From assembly GCA_016868055.1 (NCBI GenBank), contig VGHX01000002.1, positions 4 through 64,003 of the forward strand: DNA of 64,000 nucleotides, in the 5' to 3' direction. A model generated the notes under the pieces. It saw only the letters and a program-made list of their open reading frames with translations, made no database searches and was not told the origin of the DNA. The stretch is from Betaproteobacteria bacterium. Lineage in GTDB: Bacteria > Pseudomonadota > Gammaproteobacteria > Burkholderiales > Burkholderiaceae_D. Below, one piece after another: positions 52,939-64,000 of this stretch. The number at the start of each line of letters is the position of its first letter. Position 1 is the stretch's first letter. The position numbers and the translations under genes are program-made.

Positions 52939-54270
52939 TCAACGGGTGGGAATCCCACCTTTGAAGTTCGCCTTTCGCAGCAACGACTCATACTGCTGCG
53001 ACATTACATAGTTTTGCACCTGCGCCATGAAATCCATCGTCACCACAACGATAATCAATAGCGATGTACCGCCAAAGTAAAACGGAACATTCCAACGTGC
53101 GATCAGAAACTCGGGTATCAAACAAATCACGGTGATGTACACCGCTCCAGCCAGTGTCAGCCTGGTCAAGATTTTGTCGATATAACGACTGGTCTGCTCA
53201 CCCGGGCGAATTCCCGGAACGAATGCACCGCTTTTCTTGAGGTTGTCTGCAGTTTCCTTACTGTTGAACACCAGCGCGGTGTAGAAAAAGCAGAAAAACA
53301 CAATCGCCGCTGCGTACAGTAATGCATGAATCGGCTCACCCGGTGCTAATGAAGCAGCCAAGTCTTTCAGAAAACGCACCACACCGCTGCTAGTGTCACC
53401 GGTGGTAAACCAACTGGTGATCGTCGCGGGAAACAAAATAATCGATGAAGCAAAAATCGGTGGGATAACGCCGGCCATATTCAACTTCAGCGGTAAATGG
53501 CTGCTCTGCCCACCGTATACCTTATTGCCAACCTGCCGCTTGGCGTAGTTGACCAAAATCTTGCGTTGACCACGCTCGATAAATACCACCGCGTAGGTGA
53601 CCAGCGCCACCAACACGCAAATCAAAATAGCTGTGAGCGCATTCATAGAGCCTGTGCGCACCAACTCAAACAAACCGCCGATCGCGTTTGGCAAGCCAGC
53701 AGCGATGCCCGCGAAAATAATGATCGAGATGCCGTTGCCCAACCCGCGCTCGGTAATCTGCTCGCCGAGCCACATCAAAAACATAGTGCCGGTCACCAGC
53801 GTCACGACAGTGGTGAAACGAAACGCGAGGCCGGGATCAATCACCAAGCCTGCCTGCGCCTCGAGCGCGACTGCAATACCAAGCGCCTGAAAAGTTGCCA
53901 ACAGCAGCGTGCCGTAGCGCGTGTACTGCGTAATCTTGCGGCGACCCGACTCGCCTTCTTTTTTCAGCGCCTCAAGCTGCGGCGACACGACGGTCAGCAG
54001 CTGCATGATGATAGACGCCGAGATGTACGGCATGATCCCGAGTGCGAATATCGTAAAGCGCGACAAAGCGCCACCGGAAAACATATTAAACATGCCCAGG
54101 ATGCCGCCACGATTCTGATTGAACAGAGCCTCAAGCTGCACTGGATCGATACCAGGAACAGGAATGTGGGCACCAATCCTGAAGACGACGAGCGCGCCCA
54201 GCAAGAACCAGAGCCGGTTCCAGGGGAAACCGCTGCTCGAGCTCTTCGCGGATTTGGATGCTGTCGCCAC
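52939..54270 (-). CDS. secY: Preprotein translocase subunit SecY
   Basis: 443-aa 10-TM ORF with [12 protein letters not shown] and other SecY blocks. Confidence 0.97.
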   Translation of the reverse strand: MATASKSAKSSSSGFPWNRLWFLLGALVVFRIGAHIPVPGIDPVQLEALFNQNRGGILGMFNMFSGGALSRFTIFALGIMPYISASIIMQLLTVVSPQLEALKKEGESGRRKITQYTRYGTLLLATFQALGIAVALEAQAGLVIDPGLAFRFTTVVTLVTGTMFLMWLGEQITERGLGNGISIIIFAGIAAGLPNAIGGLFELVRTGSMNALTAILICVLVALVTYAVVFIERGQRKILVNYAKRQVGNKVYGGQSSHLPLKLNMAGVIPPIFASSIILFPATITSWFTTGDTSSGVVRFLKDLAASLAPGEPIHALLYAAAIVFFCFFYTALVFNSKETADNLKKSGAFVPGIRPGEQTSRYIDKILTRLTLAGAVYITVICLIPEFLIARWNVPFYFGGTSLLIIVVVTMDFMAQVQNYVMSQQYESLLRKANFKGGIPTR

Positions 54271-54291
54271 GTGTGTCAGGTCAAAAGCGAC

Positions 54292-54723
54292 TTATTCGAC
54301 CGAGCCGCCGGCTGCTTCAATGGCTGCCTTCGCGCCAGCAGTCGCGATAACGCCTTTGAGCGTTAATTTTTTGCTGAGCTCACCAGATTTGATGACCCGC
54401 ACGGTACGCGCCAATTCCGGCACCAATCCGGCTTGCTTGAGCGCCAGCATATCGATCTGATCGACCGGCAGCTTGGCCAAATCGCTGAGACGAACCTGCG
54501 CCTTGAATGGCTTTGACTGTGACTTGAAACCACGCTTGGGTAGGCGGCGGTGCAAGGGCATTTGGCCGCCTTCAAAGCCGACCTTGTGAAATCCACCCGC
54601 ACGTGATTTCTGACCCTTGTGCCCGCGACCAGCGGTCTTGCCAAGGCCAGAGCCAATGCCACGGCCGACTCGCCGTTTGGCATGCTTCGATCCCGCTGCT
54701 GGTTGAATAGTGTTCAGTTGCAT
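54292..54723 (-). CDS. rplO: 50S ribosomal protein L15
   Basis: [30 protein letters not shown]. The second of two adjacent ATGs is preferred on GGAG spacing; 54726 is the alternative. Confidence 0.95.
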   Translation of the reverse strand: MQLNTIQPAAGSKHAKRRVGRGIGSGLGKTAGRGHKGQKSRAGGFHKVGFEGGQMPLHRRLPKRGFKSQSKPFKAQVRLSDLAKLPVDQIDMLALKQAGLVPELARTVRVIKSGELSKKLTLKGVIATAGAKAAIEAAGGSVE

Positions 54724-54748
54724 CATGTTCTCCGTTCGTCAGCAGTGT

Positions 54749-54928
54749 TCAAGACACGACTTTGACGAGATAGGCGACCTTGTTGATCATGCCGCGCACC
54801 GCCGGCGTGTCAACGAGTTCTCGCTCCGAATTGACTCTGCGCAGACCAAGGCCACGCACCGTAGCGCGGTGGGACTGCTTGGTGCCGATCAGGCCCTTGA
54901 CCAGTTTCACTTTGATCGTGTTTGCCAT
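54749..54928 (-). CDS. rpmD: 50S ribosomal protein L30
   Basis: [34 protein letters not shown] at 54928; the ORF-track start at 54982 is over-extended into rpsE. Confidence 0.95.
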   Translation of the reverse strand: MANTIKVKLVKGLIGTKQSHRATVRGLGLRRVNSERELVDTPAVRGMINKVAYLVKVVS

Positions 54929-54938
54929 CGTTTTCACC

Positions 54939-55457
54939 TCAGCCCAGAATTTCCTCGACCGTCTTGCCGCGCTTGGCGGCAATTTCGGACGGGGTACTCA
55001 TTTTCGCGAGACCATCCAGCGTCGCGCGAACCATGTTGTAAGGGTTGGTCGAACCGTGCGACTTGGCCACCACGTTAGTGACGCCCATGACCTCAAAAAT
55101 TGCGCGCATCGGACCGCCTGCAATGACACCGGTACCTTCTTTCGCTGGGATCATCATCACAGATGACGCGCCATGACGACCGTGCACCATGTGCTGCAAG
55201 GTGCCATTCTTCAAGCTGACCTTGATCATCTTGCGACGCGCTTCTTCCATCGCCTTTTGAACGGCGACCGGCACTTCCTTGGACTTGCCTTTACCCATGC
55301 CGATGCGACCATCGCCATCACCGACGACAGCCAATGCGGCAAAGCCCATGATGCGGCCGCCCTTGACTACTTTGGTGACGCGGTTGACCGCAATCATCTT
55401 CTCGCGCATGCCATCGTCCGGCTTGTCGCTCTGCATTTTCTGCTGCATTTTTGCCAT
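54939..55457 (-). CDS. rpsE: 30S ribosomal protein S5
   Basis: ..[39 protein letters not shown].. Confidence 0.97.
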   Translation of the reverse strand: MAKMQQKMQSDKPDDGMREKMIAVNRVTKVVKGGRIMGFAALAVVGDGDGRIGMGKGKSKEVPVAVQKAMEEARRKMIKVSLKNGTLQHMVHGRHGASSVMMIPAKEGTGVIAGGPMRAIFEVMGVTNVVAKSHGSTNPYNMVRATLDGLAKMSTPSEIAAKRGKTVEEILG

Positions 55458-55469
55458 GGTGAGTATTCC

Positions 55470-55832
55470 TTAGAACTTCAGGCCAGCTTCGCGCGCTGCG
55501 TCGGCAACTGCCTTGACGCGGCCGTGGTAGCGAAAACCAGCACGATCAAATGCAACGGTGTCGATACCAGCCTTGAGCGCTTTCTCTGCCACGCGCTTAC
55601 CGACCATAGCCGCAGCTGATGCGTTACCGCCCTTGCCGGACTGGCCGGCCAGCGCTGCGCGAACCTCTGCCTCGGCAGTCGACGCGGAAGCCAGTACCTT
55701 CGCGTCGGGCGCGTAGATGGTGGCGTAAATGTGCAGATTGGTACGATGCACCGACAGCCGATTGACTTTCAGCTCCGCGATCTTGGCACGCGTCTGCCGT
55801 GCTCTGCGCAGGCGGGATGCTTTCTTGTCCAT
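55470..55832 (-). CDS. rplR: 50S ribosomal protein L18
   Basis: ..[13 protein letters not shown].. and ..[28 protein letters not shown]. Confidence 0.97.
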   Translation of the reverse strand: MDKKASRLRRARQTRAKIAELKVNRLSVHRTNLHIYATIYAPDAKVLASASTAEAEVRAALAGQSGKGGNASAAAMVGKRVAEKALKAGIDTVAFDRAGFRYHGRVKAVADAAREAGLKF

Positions 55833-55841
55833 ATTCAGCCC

Positions 55842-56375
55842 TTACTTCTTCTTGGTTTCTTTGATCACGACAACTTCATCCGCATAACGGACGCCTTTGC
55901 CTTTGTAAGGCTCGGGACTGCGATAGGCACGCACCTCAGCCGCAACTTGCCCAACCTTTTGGCGGTCGATACCTTTGATCAGGATTTCCGTTTGCGTTGG
56001 CGTTTCGCATTTCACGCCCGACGGCATCTGATGAACGATGGGGTGTGAAAAGCCCAGCGACAGATTCAGTTTGTCGCCCTGCGCTTGTGCACGATAACCC
56101 ACGCCCACCAGCGATAGCTTCTTCTCGAAGCCTTGCGACACACCGACTACCATGTTGTTCACCAGCGCGCGCACGGTACCCGACATGGCGACTGCTTCAC
56201 GCGACTCGTCAGCAGGCGCAAACGTGAGCGTGCTGTTCTCGTTCTTGATGATGACTTGACCAGTCAGCGGCAACGAGAGCGAGCCCTGGTGACCCTTGAC
56301 CGCGATTTTTTCGGCATTAATGGTTACTTCAAGGCCCGCTGCTAGCGGGATCGGCATTTTGGCTACTCGAGACAT
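55842..56375 (-). CDS. rplF: 50S ribosomal protein L6
   Basis: [20 protein letters not shown] at 56375; the ORF-track start at 56405 is over-extended. Confidence 0.96.
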   Translation of the reverse strand: MSRVAKMPIPLAAGLEVTINAEKIAVKGHQGSLSLPLTGQVIIKNENSTLTFAPADESREAVAMSGTVRALVNNMVVGVSQGFEKKLSLVGVGYRAQAQGDKLNLSLGFSHPIVHQMPSGVKCETPTQTEILIKGIDRQKVGQVAAEVRAYRSPEPYKGKGVRYADEVVVIKETKKK

Positions 56376-56389
56376 CGTGCTTTCCCCTA

Positions 56390-56785
56390 TCAAGCGACAT
56401 AGCAAAGGATCTCGCCACCGGTGCCGGTAGCGCGTGCCTTGCGGTCTGTCATGACACCCTTGGGCGTCGAGACGATAGTCACACCCAGACCGTTCAAGAC
56501 GGTTGGAATCTCTGATTTACCTTTGTAAACGCGCAGACCTGGGCGTGACACCCGCTCGATGTGTTCGATGACGGGGCGACCTGCGTAATACTTCAGCTCG
56601 ATGGACAGCGTCGACTTGCCTGCGTCTTCAGCAACAGCGTAGCTCTCGATGTAGCCCTCGTCTTTCAGGACGCGGGCAATCGCAACTTTTAGCTTCGAAG
56701 GCGGCATCGCGACAGTCGTCTTATTGACGCTTTGCGCATTGCGGATGCGGGTCAGCATATCGGCGATAGGATCGCTCATACTCAT
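56390..56785 (-). CDS. rpsH: 30S ribosomal protein S8
   Basis: [18 protein letters not shown]. Confidence 0.97.
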   Translation of the reverse strand: MSMSDPIADMLTRIRNAQSVNKTTVAMPPSKLKVAIARVLKDEGYIESYAVAEDAGKSTLSIELKYYAGRPVIEHIERVSRPGLRVYKGKSEIPTVLNGLGVTIVSTPKGVMTDRKARATGTGGEILCYVA

Positions 56786-56800
56786 AAGATCGTTCTCCTA

Positions 56801-57106
56801 TTACCAGCTGGCTTTGGTCATGCCCGGGATTTCGCCACGCATGGCGATTTCTCTGAGCTTGGTGCGGCCAAGGCCGAATTTGCGGAAAGTGCCGCGCGGG
56901 CGACCCGTCAAAGCGCAACGGTTACGTTGCCGTGTGGGCGCGGAGTTTCGCGGTAACGACTGCAACTTCAGACGAGCCTCGTAGCGCTCTTCGTCTGATT
57001 TTGATGCGTCTTCGATGATTGCCTTCAGCTCAGCGCGCTTGGCAGCATATTTCTTTACCAGCGCAGCACGCTTTTGTTCACGGTTAATCAGTGCCAGTTT
57101 TGCCAT
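56801..57106 (-). CDS. rpsN: 30S ribosomal protein S14 (long, non-zinc form)
   Basis: [13 protein letters not shown]... and ..[12 protein letters not shown]. No CxxC pairs. Confidence 0.97.
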   Translation of the reverse strand: MAKLALINREQKRAALVKKYAAKRAELKAIIEDASKSDEERYEARLKLQSLPRNSAPTRQRNRCALTGRPRGTFRKFGLGRTKLREIAMRGEIPGMTKASW

Positions 57107-57113
57107 GGCAGCC

Positions 57114-57653
57114 TCAGTTTCTGAACGGAAATTTAAAAGCGGCGAGAAGCGCTTTGGCTTCTTCGTCGGTCTTGGCGGTGGTGGTGATGCTGATGTTCAT
57201 CCCACGCAGCGCGTCAATCTTGTCGTACTCAATCTCGGGGAAAATAATTTGCTCTTTCACGCCGATGTTGTAGTTACCGCGGCCGTCAAACGCCTTGCCT
57301 GACACACCGCGGAAATCGCGAACGCGCGGAAACGCGATAGTGACGAGTCGATCGAGAAATTCGTACATGCGGGCACCGCGCAAGGTGACCATGCAACCGA
57401 TCGGGTAGCCTTCGCGGATCTTGAAGCCGGCGATCGCTTTGCGAGCTTTCGTGATAACCGGCTTTTGGCCAGCGATCTTGGTCATGTCGCCGACCGCATG
57501 CTCGATGATCTTCTTGTCAGCTACTGCTTCACCGAGACCCATGTTGAGGGTGATCTTGGTAAGACGCGGTACTTGCATGCGCGACTTATAGCCAAATTTC
57601 GCGGTGAGCGCCGCGACGATTTCTTTTTCGTAGGTTTGTTGTAGACGCGCCAT
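57114..57653 (-). CDS. rplE: 50S ribosomal protein L5
   Basis: [12 protein letters not shown].. and ..[15 protein letters not shown].. Confidence 0.97.
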   Translation of the reverse strand: MARLQQTYEKEIVAALTAKFGYKSRMQVPRLTKITLNMGLGEAVADKKIIEHAVGDMTKIAGQKPVITKARKAIAGFKIREGYPIGCMVTLRGARMYEFLDRLVTIAFPRVRDFRGVSGKAFDGRGNYNIGVKEQIIFPEIEYDKIDALRGMNISITTTAKTDEEAKALLAAFKFPFRN

Positions 57654-57655
57654 GA

Positions 57656-57970
57656 TTACACCTTCACCGCTTCGCCAGTCGACTTGTAGACGCGGACGCG
57701 CTTACCGTCGATGAGCTTTACGCCGACTCGGTCAGCCTTGCCAGTTGCCGCATTAAACAAAGCGACGTTCGAGACATGAATCGGCATCAGCTTGTCAACG
57801 ATGCCGCCGGTAGCACCCGTCATAGGGTTCGGCTTAACAGCCTTCTTCGCGACGTTAACGCCGTCAACGACCAAGTGCTGAGCGTCAACGCGCTGCTGTA
57901 CGACGCCACGCTTTCCCTTGTCTTTTCCGGTCAGAACGATGACTTCGTCACCTTTTCGAATTTTTTCCAT
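57656..57970 (-). CDS. rplX: 50S ribosomal protein L24
   Basis: [22 protein letters not shown]. Confidence 0.97.
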   Translation of the reverse strand: MEKIRKGDEVIVLTGKDKGKRGVVQQRVDAQHLVVDGVNVAKKAVKPNPMTGATGGIVDKLMPIHVSNVALFNAATGKADRVGVKLIDGKRVRVYKSTGEAVKV

Positions 57971-57979
57971 GGCGGCCTC

Positions 57980-58348
57980 TTACAGAACTTCAGGAGCAAG
58001 CGACACGATCTTCATGAAGCGCTCGCTGCGCAGTTCGCGCGTGACCGGTCCAAAAATACGGGTACCGATCGGCTCGAGTTTAGCGTTCAGAAGCACAGCG
58101 GCATTGCCGTCAAAGCGAATCAACGAACCGTCTTGGCGACGAACGCCTTTGGCGGTCCGAACTACAACAGCGTTGTAGATTTCGCCCTTTTTTACACGGC
58201 CACGAGGCGCTGCGCGCTTTACCGTGACTTTGATCAGGTCTCCAATGCCCGCATAGCGGCGCTTGGACCCGCCCATCACCTTGATGCACAGAACTTCTTG
58301 CGCACCCGTGTTGTCGGCTACATCGAGCCGGCTCTCTGTTTGGATCAT
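57980..58348 (-). CDS. rplN: 50S ribosomal protein L14
   Basis: [28 protein letters not shown]. Confidence 0.97.
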   Translation of the reverse strand: MIQTESRLDVADNTGAQEVLCIKVMGGSKRRYAGIGDLIKVTVKRAAPRGRVKKGEIYNAVVVRTAKGVRRQDGSLIRFDGNAAVLLNAKLEPIGTRIFGPVTRELRSERFMKIVSLAPEVL

Positions 58349-58571
58349 GATTTCTCTTTCCCAACTTAATCCGCAGCGAACACATGCCGCACTCGGCTAC
58401 GGTCAGTCTTGGTCCCGCCGGAGTCGCCCCATTAAGGGAGAAGCCGATTGGGTTGATAAAATGTTACGTTTTTACATCCACTCGCTTGCTGAATGCTCTT
58501 GCCAGGGAGTTCTCACCTTGTTTGCGGGAAAGCCGACAATTATGCCTCAGAATGACGGCCCGGCGCAAGCC

Positions 58572-58847
58572 TCAAACTGTTTGTGCTGCCTGAACCACTC
58601 GGGTCACGGTCCAAGCTTTCGTCTTGGAGATCGGCCGACCCTCTTGGATCTCTACGGTGTCACCGGTTTTGGCGACATTACCCTCGTCATGGGCGTGATA
58701 TTTATTGGAGCGCACAATGATCTTGCCGTATAGCGGGTGGCGAACGCGACGCTCGATCATGACCGTGACGGTCTTATCCATCTTGTCCGATACTACGGTG
58801 CCGACCAAGGTCCGCTTTAGCGATTTCTTTTCTGCTGTCGCGTTCAT
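58572..58847 (-). CDS. rpsQ: 30S ribosomal protein S17
   Basis: ..[31 protein letters not shown].. Confidence 0.97.
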   Translation of the reverse strand: MNATAEKKSLKRTLVGTVVSDKMDKTVTVMIERRVRHPLYGKIIVRSNKYHAHDEGNVAKTGDTVEIQEGRPISKTKAWTVTRVVQAAQTV

Positions 58848-59036
58848 TTAGGCGTCCTTTTGATTGAGCACGGTCTTGACGCGTGCAATATCGCGGCGCA
58901 CTTTTTTCAGTTGCGCAGTGTTACTCAGCTGCTGGGTTGCGATCTGCATACGCAAACCGAATTGAGCTTTCAGCAAATCGTTCAGCTCTTTCTTAAGCGC
59001 TGGCTCGTCTTTGCCGCGGAGTTCAGATGCTTTCAT
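58848..59036 (-). CDS. rpmC: 50S ribosomal protein L29
   Basis: [37 protein letters not shown] junction with rpsQ. Confidence 0.96.
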   Translation of the reverse strand: MKASELRGKDEPALKKELNDLLKAQFGLRMQIATQQLSNTAQLKKVRRDIARVKTVLNQKDA

Positions 59037-59047
59037 GTCTAGCTCCC

Positions 59048-59467
59048 TTATTGGCCAACTTGGCGCACGACAAACGTTGTTTGCAGCGGAAGTTTGGCAG
59101 CAGCCAAACGAAACGCCTCGCGTGCCAACTCCTCGCCAACGCCGTCCATTTCGTACAGCACCTTGCCAGGCCGAATTTCGGCAACGTAGTACTCAGGGCT
59201 ACCCTTACCGTTACCCATCCGCACTTCGGCCGGCTTTTGCGAAATTGGCTTGTCGGGGAAGATCCGAATCCAGATGCGGCCGCCACGCTTAATATGACGT
59301 GTCATGGCACGACGGGCTGACTCGATCTGACGCGCGGTCAATCGGCCACGACCAACCGCCTTCAAACCGAACTCACCAAACGAGACCGAAGTGCCGCTCT
59401 CGTGTGAAATGCCTCGGTTACGGCCTTTTTGCTCTTTACGATATTTTCTGCGTGCTGGTTGCAGCAT
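59048..59467 (-). CDS. rplP: 50S ribosomal protein L16
   Basis: [19 protein letters not shown]. Confidence 0.97.
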   Translation of the reverse strand: MLQPARRKYRKEQKGRNRGISHESGTSVSFGEFGLKAVGRGRLTARQIESARRAMTRHIKRGGRIWIRIFPDKPISQKPAEVRMGNGKGSPEYYVAEIRPGKVLYEMDGVGEELAREAFRLAAAKLPLQTTFVVRQVGQ

Positions 59468-59469
59468 GT

Positions 59470-60297
59470 TTACTCTCCTGCCTTGTCAGACGGCGCGGCT
59501 GCTGGCTCGGCCTTCTTGGCGCGCACTCGCTTCGCGACTGGCACCGCCGGTGCAGCCTCGCCTGCCGGTTTACGTGCAGCGCGGGCGGCAGGCTTACCGT
59601 CGTCGCGACGTGGCGCACGACGCTTACGCTCGTCATCCGCTGGCACTTCAATGGTTGGCGTCTCACCGCTAGCTAAACGATCGCCTTTGTACACCCAGAC
59701 CTTAATGCCGATGATGCCGTAGGTGGTTTCTGCCTCGCCAAAGCCGTAGTCGATATCTGCACGCAAAGTATGCAGAGGCACACGGCCTTCGCGATACCAC
59801 TCGGTACGCGCGATCTCGATACCGTTCAATCGACCGGACGACATGATCTTGATGCCCTGCGCGCCGAGCCGCATCGCATTTTGCATTGCGCGTTTCATAG
59901 CGCGGCGGAACATGATGCGCTTTTCAAGCTGCTGCGCGATCGAGTCTGCAATCAACTGAGCATCAGTTTCGGGTTTACGTATCTCTTCAATGTTGACATG
60001 GACAGGTACGCCCATCATCTTGGCCAAAGAAGACTTCAATACCTCGATATCCTCGCCCTTCTTACCAATGACTACGCCAGGGCGCGAGCTGAAAATCGTG
60101 ATGCGCGCATTTTTTGCAGGGCGCTCGATCAACACGCGGCCAACCGATGCGTTTTTCAGCTTTTTACGCAAATAAGCGCGCACCTTCAAATCTTCCCCCA
60201 ACATGTGCGCGAAGTTGCTGTTACCCGCGTACCAGCGCGAACCCCAATTACGCGTGACGGCTAGACGAAAGCCAGTCGGATGAATTTTCTGTCCCAT
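59470..60297 (-). CDS. rpsC: 30S ribosomal protein S3 with an Ala/Pro/Lys/Arg-rich C-terminal extension
   Basis: [18 protein letters not shown].., a KH domain, and a low-complexity tail from about residue 215 to 275. Confidence 0.97.
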   Translation of the reverse strand: MGQKIHPTGFRLAVTRNWGSRWYAGNSNFAHMLGEDLKVRAYLRKKLKNASVGRVLIERPAKNARITIFSSRPGVVIGKKGEDIEVLKSSLAKMMGVPVHVNIEEIRKPETDAQLIADSIAQQLEKRIMFRRAMKRAMQNAMRLGAQGIKIMSSGRLNGIEIARTEWYREGRVPLHTLRADIDYGFGEAETTYGIIGIKVWVYKGDRLASGETPTIEVPADDERKRRAPRRDDGKPAARAARKPAGEAAPAVPVAKRVRAKKAEPAAAPSDKAGE

Positions 60298-60307
60298 CGT
60301 GACTCCC

Positions 60308-60637
60308 TCAGTTACCGACCGTCACGTAGATGTGACATGTTTGCTTGGAGATGCGATCGCCACGACCCTTGGCTCGGGCAGTGAAACGCTTCAGCACGGC
60401 GCCCTTTTCGACGAAGATGGTTTTCACCTTCAGCTCGTCGATATCGGCGCCATCATTGTGTTCAGCGTTGGCAATTGCGGATTCGAGTACTTTCTTGATG
60501 AGGAAAGCACCCTTCTTAGGACTGAACGTAAGAATGTTCAGCGCCTGGTCGACCTTTTTTCCGCGGATCAGGTCAGCGACGAGTCGGCCCTTTTGTGCCG
60601 ACAAGCGCGCGCTGCGGAGGCTGGCTTTGGTTTCCAT
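60308..60637 (-). CDS. rplV: 50S ribosomal protein L22
   Basis: [29 protein letters not shown]. Confidence 0.97.
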   Translation of the reverse strand: METKASLRSARLSAQKGRLVADLIRGKKVDQALNILTFSPKKGAFLIKKVLESAIANAEHNDGADIDELKVKTIFVEKGAVLKRFTARAKGRGDRISKQTCHIYVTVGN

Positions 60638-60646
60638 ATCAGGACC

Positions 60647-60922
60647 TTATTTTTTCGCTTTCTTGTCGGCGGCGTGACCTTTGAACGTGCGGGTCAGCGC
60701 AAACTCACCGAGCTTGTGACCGACCATGTTCTCGGAGACGTAGACCGGCACATGCTGTTTGCCGTTGTGCACCGCGATCGTCAGGCCGATGAAATCCGGC
60801 ATGATGGTCGAGCGGCGCGACCATGTCTTGATGGGTTTTTTGTCACGACTCGCTTGTGCGGTCTCGACTTTTTTCAGCAAGTGGGCGTCGCAAAACGGCC
60901 CTTTTTTCAATGAACGTGCCAT
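60647..60922 (-). CDS. rpsS: 30S ribosomal protein S19
   Basis: [19 protein letters not shown]. Confidence 0.97.
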   Translation of the reverse strand: MARSLKKGPFCDAHLLKKVETAQASRDKKPIKTWSRRSTIMPDFIGLTIAVHNGKQHVPVYVSENMVGHKLGEFALTRTFKGHAADKKAKK

Positions 60923-60932
60923 CTGTTACCCC

Positions 60933-61760
60933 TTATTTCTTGCCGCGACGCGAGACAATCATTGACGTCGTGCGTTTGTTGCGACGCGTCTTCTTGCCCT
61001 TGGTCTGCTGGCCCCACGGCGATACTGGGTGTTGGCCGGCAGCGGTTCTGCCTTCACCACCACCATGCGGGTGGTCAATTGGGTTCATCGCGACACCACG
61101 AACGGTTGGGCGAATACCGCGCCAACGCGTCGCACCTGCTTTGCCGATTTTGCGCAGGTTGTGCTCGCCATTACCCACCTCACCAACCGTGGCACGGCAC
61201 TCGACATGAATGCGGCGTACTTCGCCAGAGCGCAAACGCACCTGTGCGTAGATGCCTTCCCGTGCCATCAGCACAACGGCGGCGCCTGCAGTGCGGGCGA
61301 TCTGCGCACCTTTGCCTGGCATCATCTCGACGCAGTGCATGGTGGTGCCCACTGGAATATTGCGAATCGGCAGACAGTTACCCGCCTTGATTGGCGCCTC
61401 TGAACCGCTTAACAGCTGGTCACCCACGGCAACGCCTTTCGGGGCGATGATGTAGCGACGCTCGCCGTCTGCATAGCAGAGCAGAGCAATATTGGCACTG
61501 CGGTTTGGGTCGTACTCCAAGCGCTCGACTTTGGCAGGGATACCATCTTTGTTGCGACGAAAATCGACCACACGGTAGTGCTGCTTATGACCGCCACCCA
61601 AATGACGAGTGGTGATGTGGCCATTGTTATTGCGGCCTGCTGATTTCGATTTCTTCTCGGTCAGACCCGCGAATGGACGCCCTTTGTGGAGGTCTGGATT
61701 CACCACCTTCACCATGCCACGACGGCCTGGCGAGGTCGGCTTTAGCTTAACGAGTGCCAT
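60933..61760 (-). CDS. rplB: 50S ribosomal protein L2
   Basis: [17 protein letters not shown].. and ..[13 protein letters not shown].. Confidence 0.98.
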   Translation of the reverse strand: MALVKLKPTSPGRRGMVKVVNPDLHKGRPFAGLTEKKSKSAGRNNNGHITTRHLGGGHKQHYRVVDFRRNKDGIPAKVERLEYDPNRSANIALLCYADGERRYIIAPKGVAVGDQLLSGSEAPIKAGNCLPIRNIPVGTTMHCVEMMPGKGAQIARTAGAAVVLMAREGIYAQVRLRSGEVRRIHVECRATVGEVGNGEHNLRKIGKAGATRWRGIRPTVRGVAMNPIDHPHGGGEGRTAAGQHPVSPWGQQTKGKKTRRNKRTTSMIVSRRGKK

Positions 61761-62077
61761 TACTTAGCCTCCTCGGTGAAGTTGATTTCCTGACCCGGCT
61801 TCAGCGAAACAAATGCGCGACGCGTATGGTTGCGACGACCAATAAACCGTCCGGTGCGCTTGACCTTGCCAGCACGGTTCGCCACCTGAACCGATGCGAC
61901 CTCAACCTTGAACAGCATCTCTACTGCGGCCTTGATCTCGGGCTTAGTCGCGTCTTGGGTAACAAGGAAAACTACTTGTTCGTTTTTCTCAGCGACGAAA
62001 GTTGCTTTCTCCGAGATCACTGGTGCAAGCAACACCTTCATCAGGCGCTCTTCATTGTGTTTGATGACTGCGCTCAT
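61760..62077 (-). CDS. rplW: 50S ribosomal protein L23
   Basis: ..[11 protein letters not shown].. TAATG overlap with rplB. Confidence 0.96.
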   Translation of the reverse strand: MSAVIKHNEERLMKVLLAPVISEKATFVAEKNEQVVFLVTQDATKPEIKAAVEMLFKVEVASVQVANRAGKVKRTGRFIGRRNHTRRAFVSLKPGQEINFTEEAK

Positions 62078-62694
62078 GCCAGCATCTCCTCAATCTTTGC
62101 CAGCGCTGGCTTGGTGATCAAAACTTTTTTGTAGAACACCAGCGAGAGCGGATCTGCGTGACGTGGCTCGCATATCAGCACATTAGGCAGGTTGCGCGAG
62201 GCCAGCATCAGGTTTTCATCCAAGTGATCGGTGATGACCAATACCGAATCCAAACCCATACCTTTCAGCTTTTGTGAAAGCAGTTTGGTTTTAGGTGCCT
62301 CGAGCGACAGATTTTCGATTACGGAGAGCCTGTCGTCGCGGGCCAACTGCGACAAGATGGAGCACAGACCTGCGCGGTACATCTTCTTGTTAACTTTGTG
62401 CGAGAAATTTTCGTCCGGCGTGTTCGGGAATGTTCGACCACCTCCACGCCAGATCGGCGAGGAAGACATACCGGCACGTGCGCGACCCGTACCCTTTTGG
62501 CGCCACGGCTTCTTGGTCGTGTGTGCGACTTCTTCGCGGTCCTTTTGCTTACGGTTACCGCTGCGCGCGTTGGCTTGATAAGCCACCACGATTTGATGGA
62601 TCAGGGCCTCGTTATAGTCGCGGCCGAAGATCGTATCGGGCGCAGCGACATTGGAGGATGCTTGGCCTTGCGCGTTCAGGAGTTTGAGTTCCAT
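62074..62694 (-). CDS. rplD: 50S ribosomal protein L4
   Basis: ..[15 protein letters not shown].. Confidence 0.97.
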   Translation of the reverse strand: MELKLLNAQGQASSNVAAPDTIFGRDYNEALIHQIVVAYQANARSGNRKQKDREEVAHTTKKPWRQKGTGRARAGMSSSPIWRGGGRTFPNTPDENFSHKVNKKMYRAGLCSILSQLARDDRLSVIENLSLEAPKTKLLSQKLKGMGLDSVLVITDHLDENLMLASRNLPNVLICEPRHADPLSLVFYKKVLITKPALAKIEEMLA

Positions 62695-62697
62695 GGC

Positions 62698-63354
62698 TTA
62701 GTCTCCCTTCACAGCTTTGGCTTTGACAGCCGGGAACACCACCACATCGCCATTTCTTGCACCAGGAACCGCACCCTTGATCAGGATGAGTTGGCGCTCG
62801 GCGTCGACGCGAGCCACTTCGAGGTTTTGCACGGTGCGAGTGACATCACCCATGTGACCCGTCATGCGCTTACCCGGGAACACGCGGCCCGGATCCTGCG
62901 CCATACCGATCGAGCCCGGTACGTTGTGCGAACGGGAGTTGCCGTGGCTGGCACGTCCTGAGGCAAAGTTGTAGCGCTTGATCGTGCCGGCATAACCCTT
63001 ACCAATGGTGACGCCCTGCACATCGACTTTTTGACCAGCCTCGAACAGACTGGCTGCCACTTTGTCACCCGGCTTGAACTCAGCCGCTTTGGCTGCGTCG
63101 ACACGGAATTCTTTGAGAACAGTACCCGCTTCGACGCCAGCCTTGGCCAGATGACCGGCAGCGGCTTTGTTGACGCGGGAGGGGCGGCGCTTACCGAAGG
63201 TGACCTGAACGGCTGCATAGCCATCGGTTTCCGGCGTTTTGATCTGCGTCACGCGGTTGTCGGACACGTCTACCACGGTGACTGGGATTGAGTCCCCATC
63301 ATCCGTAAAGATGCGCATCATGCCAACCTTGCGACCGAGAAGGCCCAGGCTCAT
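62698..63354 (-). CDS. rplC: 50S ribosomal protein L3
   Basis: [23 protein letters not shown] at 63354, preceded by GGAG; the ORF-track start at 63372 is over-extended. Confidence 0.96.
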   Translation of the reverse strand: MSLGLLGRKVGMMRIFTDDGDSIPVTVVDVSDNRVTQIKTPETDGYAAVQVTFGKRRPSRVNKAAAGHLAKAGVEAGTVLKEFRVDAAKAAEFKPGDKVAASLFEAGQKVDVQGVTIGKGYAGTIKRYNFASGRASHGNSRSHNVPGSIGMAQDPGRVFPGKRMTGHMGDVTRTVQNLEVARVDAERQLILIKGAVPGARNGDVVVFPAVKAKAVKGD

Positions 63355-63441
63355 TGTTTTCTCCATTCCCACCTTCGATTGGGCGGGGCTGTGTTTAGAA
63401 ATTCAGTTGGTCAAAAGCGCGCGCACTCGACCAAGCCGAAA

Positions 63442-63470
63442 ATTATAGCGTGAGGCGAGAATTTCGACAA
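63442..63470 (-). promoter_or_regulatory. Near-consensus sigma70-type promoter motif in the rpsJ-rplC spacer
   Basis: The minus strand reads TTGTCG, a 17-nt spacer (AAATTCTCGCCTCACGC), then TATAAT (plus-strand CGACAA at 63465-63470, ATTATA at 63442-63447). It points toward rplC. Confidence 0.35.
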
Positions 63471-63510
63471 GCTTGGCGAAATCCGACTCAAAATTAATGC
63501 TTATTTATTA

Positions 63511-63822
63511 TTACTGCAGCTTGATCTCTACGTCGACGCCAGCGGGAAGATCCAGCTTCATCAGCGCATCAACCGTCTTGTCGGTTGGATCAACGATGTC
63601 CATCAGGCGCTGATGGGTGCGAATCTCGAACTGATCGCGCGAGCTCTTGTTCACATGCGGCGAACGCAGTACGTCCCAGCGCTGAATGCGGGTCGGCAGG
63701 GGTACTGGGCCCTTAACCACCGCGCCGGTGCGCTTCGCGGTATCAACGATCTCAAGCGCTGACTGATCGATAAGTCGATAGTCGAAGGCTTTCAGTCGAA
63801 TACGAATCTTCTGCTTTTCCAT
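63511..63822 (-). CDS. rpsJ: 30S ribosomal protein S10
   Basis: [34 protein letters not shown]. Confidence 0.98.
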   Translation of the reverse strand: MEKQKIRIRLKAFDYRLIDQSALEIVDTAKRTGAVVKGPVPLPTRIQRWDVLRSPHVNKSSRDQFEIRTHQRLMDIVDPTDKTVDALMKLDLPAGVDVEIKLQ

Positions 63823-63842
63823 GTTGCTTCCTTAAAGAGCGA

Positions 63843-63866
63843 GCCGCAGGCGGTTACGCCCGCGGC
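63843..63866 (-). promoter_or_regulatory. GC-rich hairpin in the 78-nt tuf-rpsJ spacer (partial terminator or S10 leader structure)
   Basis: Arms GCCGCAGGCG and CGCCCGCGGC (one mismatch, which is a G-U on the minus-strand RNA) with a 3-4 nt loop. On the minus strand only a weak T-rich run follows (TCGCTCTTT). Confidence 0.4.
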
Positions 63867-63900
63867 ATTGATTCAATCAGCCGGCGAACCGGAACAGCAA

Positions 63901-64000
63901 CTACTCGATGATTTTTGCGACGACGCCGGCGCCAACGGTGCGGCCACCCTCACGAATCGCAAAGCGCAAGCCCTCTTCCATCGCAATCGGGTTGATCAGC
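63901..64000 (-). CDS. tuf: Elongation factor Tu, C-terminal end (gene runs off the window)
   Basis: Own translation of the minus strand: ..[32 protein letters not shown], then a stop (CTA at 63901-63903). Confidence 0.93.
   Translation of the reverse strand, partial: LINPIAMEEGLRFAIREGGRTVGAGVVAKIIE

Noticed and set aside
53497-54366. A 289-aa plus-strand ORF antisense to secY. Similar long antisense ORFs occur in the ribosomal operons (for example 57776..58369, 59770..60264, 60299..60913, 62398..62961).
   Set aside because: These are shadow ORFs opposite highly conserved genes. Their composition (Arg/His/Asp-rich) and the lack of recognisable domains argue against coding.
58349-58571. The 223-nt gap between rpsQ and rplN, which I examined for an sRNA, a small ORF or a tRNA.
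   Set aside because: This is the classical S10/spc operon boundary, and E. coli has a comparable gap with the spc promoter. I found only a modest promoter-like match (TTGCGC, 18 nt, CATAAT just after the rpsQ stop) and weak hairpins. Nothing goes beyond what the operon boundary explains.

Overview
This is a moderately GC-rich chromosomal segment whose gene order is typical of Betaproteobacteria, most likely Burkholderiales; that placement is my inference from synteny and protein sequences, not a search result. Almost everything is core housekeeping.

Gene content from left to right:
- mlaA(partial)-mlaD-mlaE-mlaF
- a secreted Cys-protein plus CapA-family pair
- gltD-gltB
- a solitary RAYT-like gene, then ssb, an MFS transporter and uvrA
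- an AEC transporter and a CPA2 antiporter
- kdsD-kdsC-lptC-lptA-lptB-rpoN-hpf
- dgt-like, aroB, aroK and pilQPONM on the minus strand, divergent from mrcA (PBP1A)
- cyaY, divergent from lptM-lysA
- msrQ-msrP, ccsA-resB, cytochrome c4, divergent engB, hemB
- one AT-richer orphan gene
- dsbD-cutA and a NodI/NodJ-like ABC-2 exporter
- the complete alpha, spc and S10 ribosomal protein operons (rplQ through rpsJ) and the 3' end of tuf

I saw no CRISPR array, rRNA, tRNA, intact IS element or prophage module, and I did not find a convincing new multi-gene system.

The observations most worth a second look:
1. pilQ is interrupted by a single in-frame TAA, while the rest of pilMNOPQ is intact.
2. The RAYT-like gene has a degenerate HUH motif and a degenerate catalytic Tyr motif.
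3. An AT-richer orphan ORF sits between hemB and dsbD.
4. Terminator-like or promoter-like elements lie inside ribosomal operon spacers (rpsK/rpsD, rpsD/rpoA, rpsJ/rplC).
5. lysA and msrQ overlap convergently by 65 nt.

Many ORF-track entries are over-extended at the 5' end. I give corrected starts wherever conserved N-termini and in-frame start codons could be verified in the sequence.
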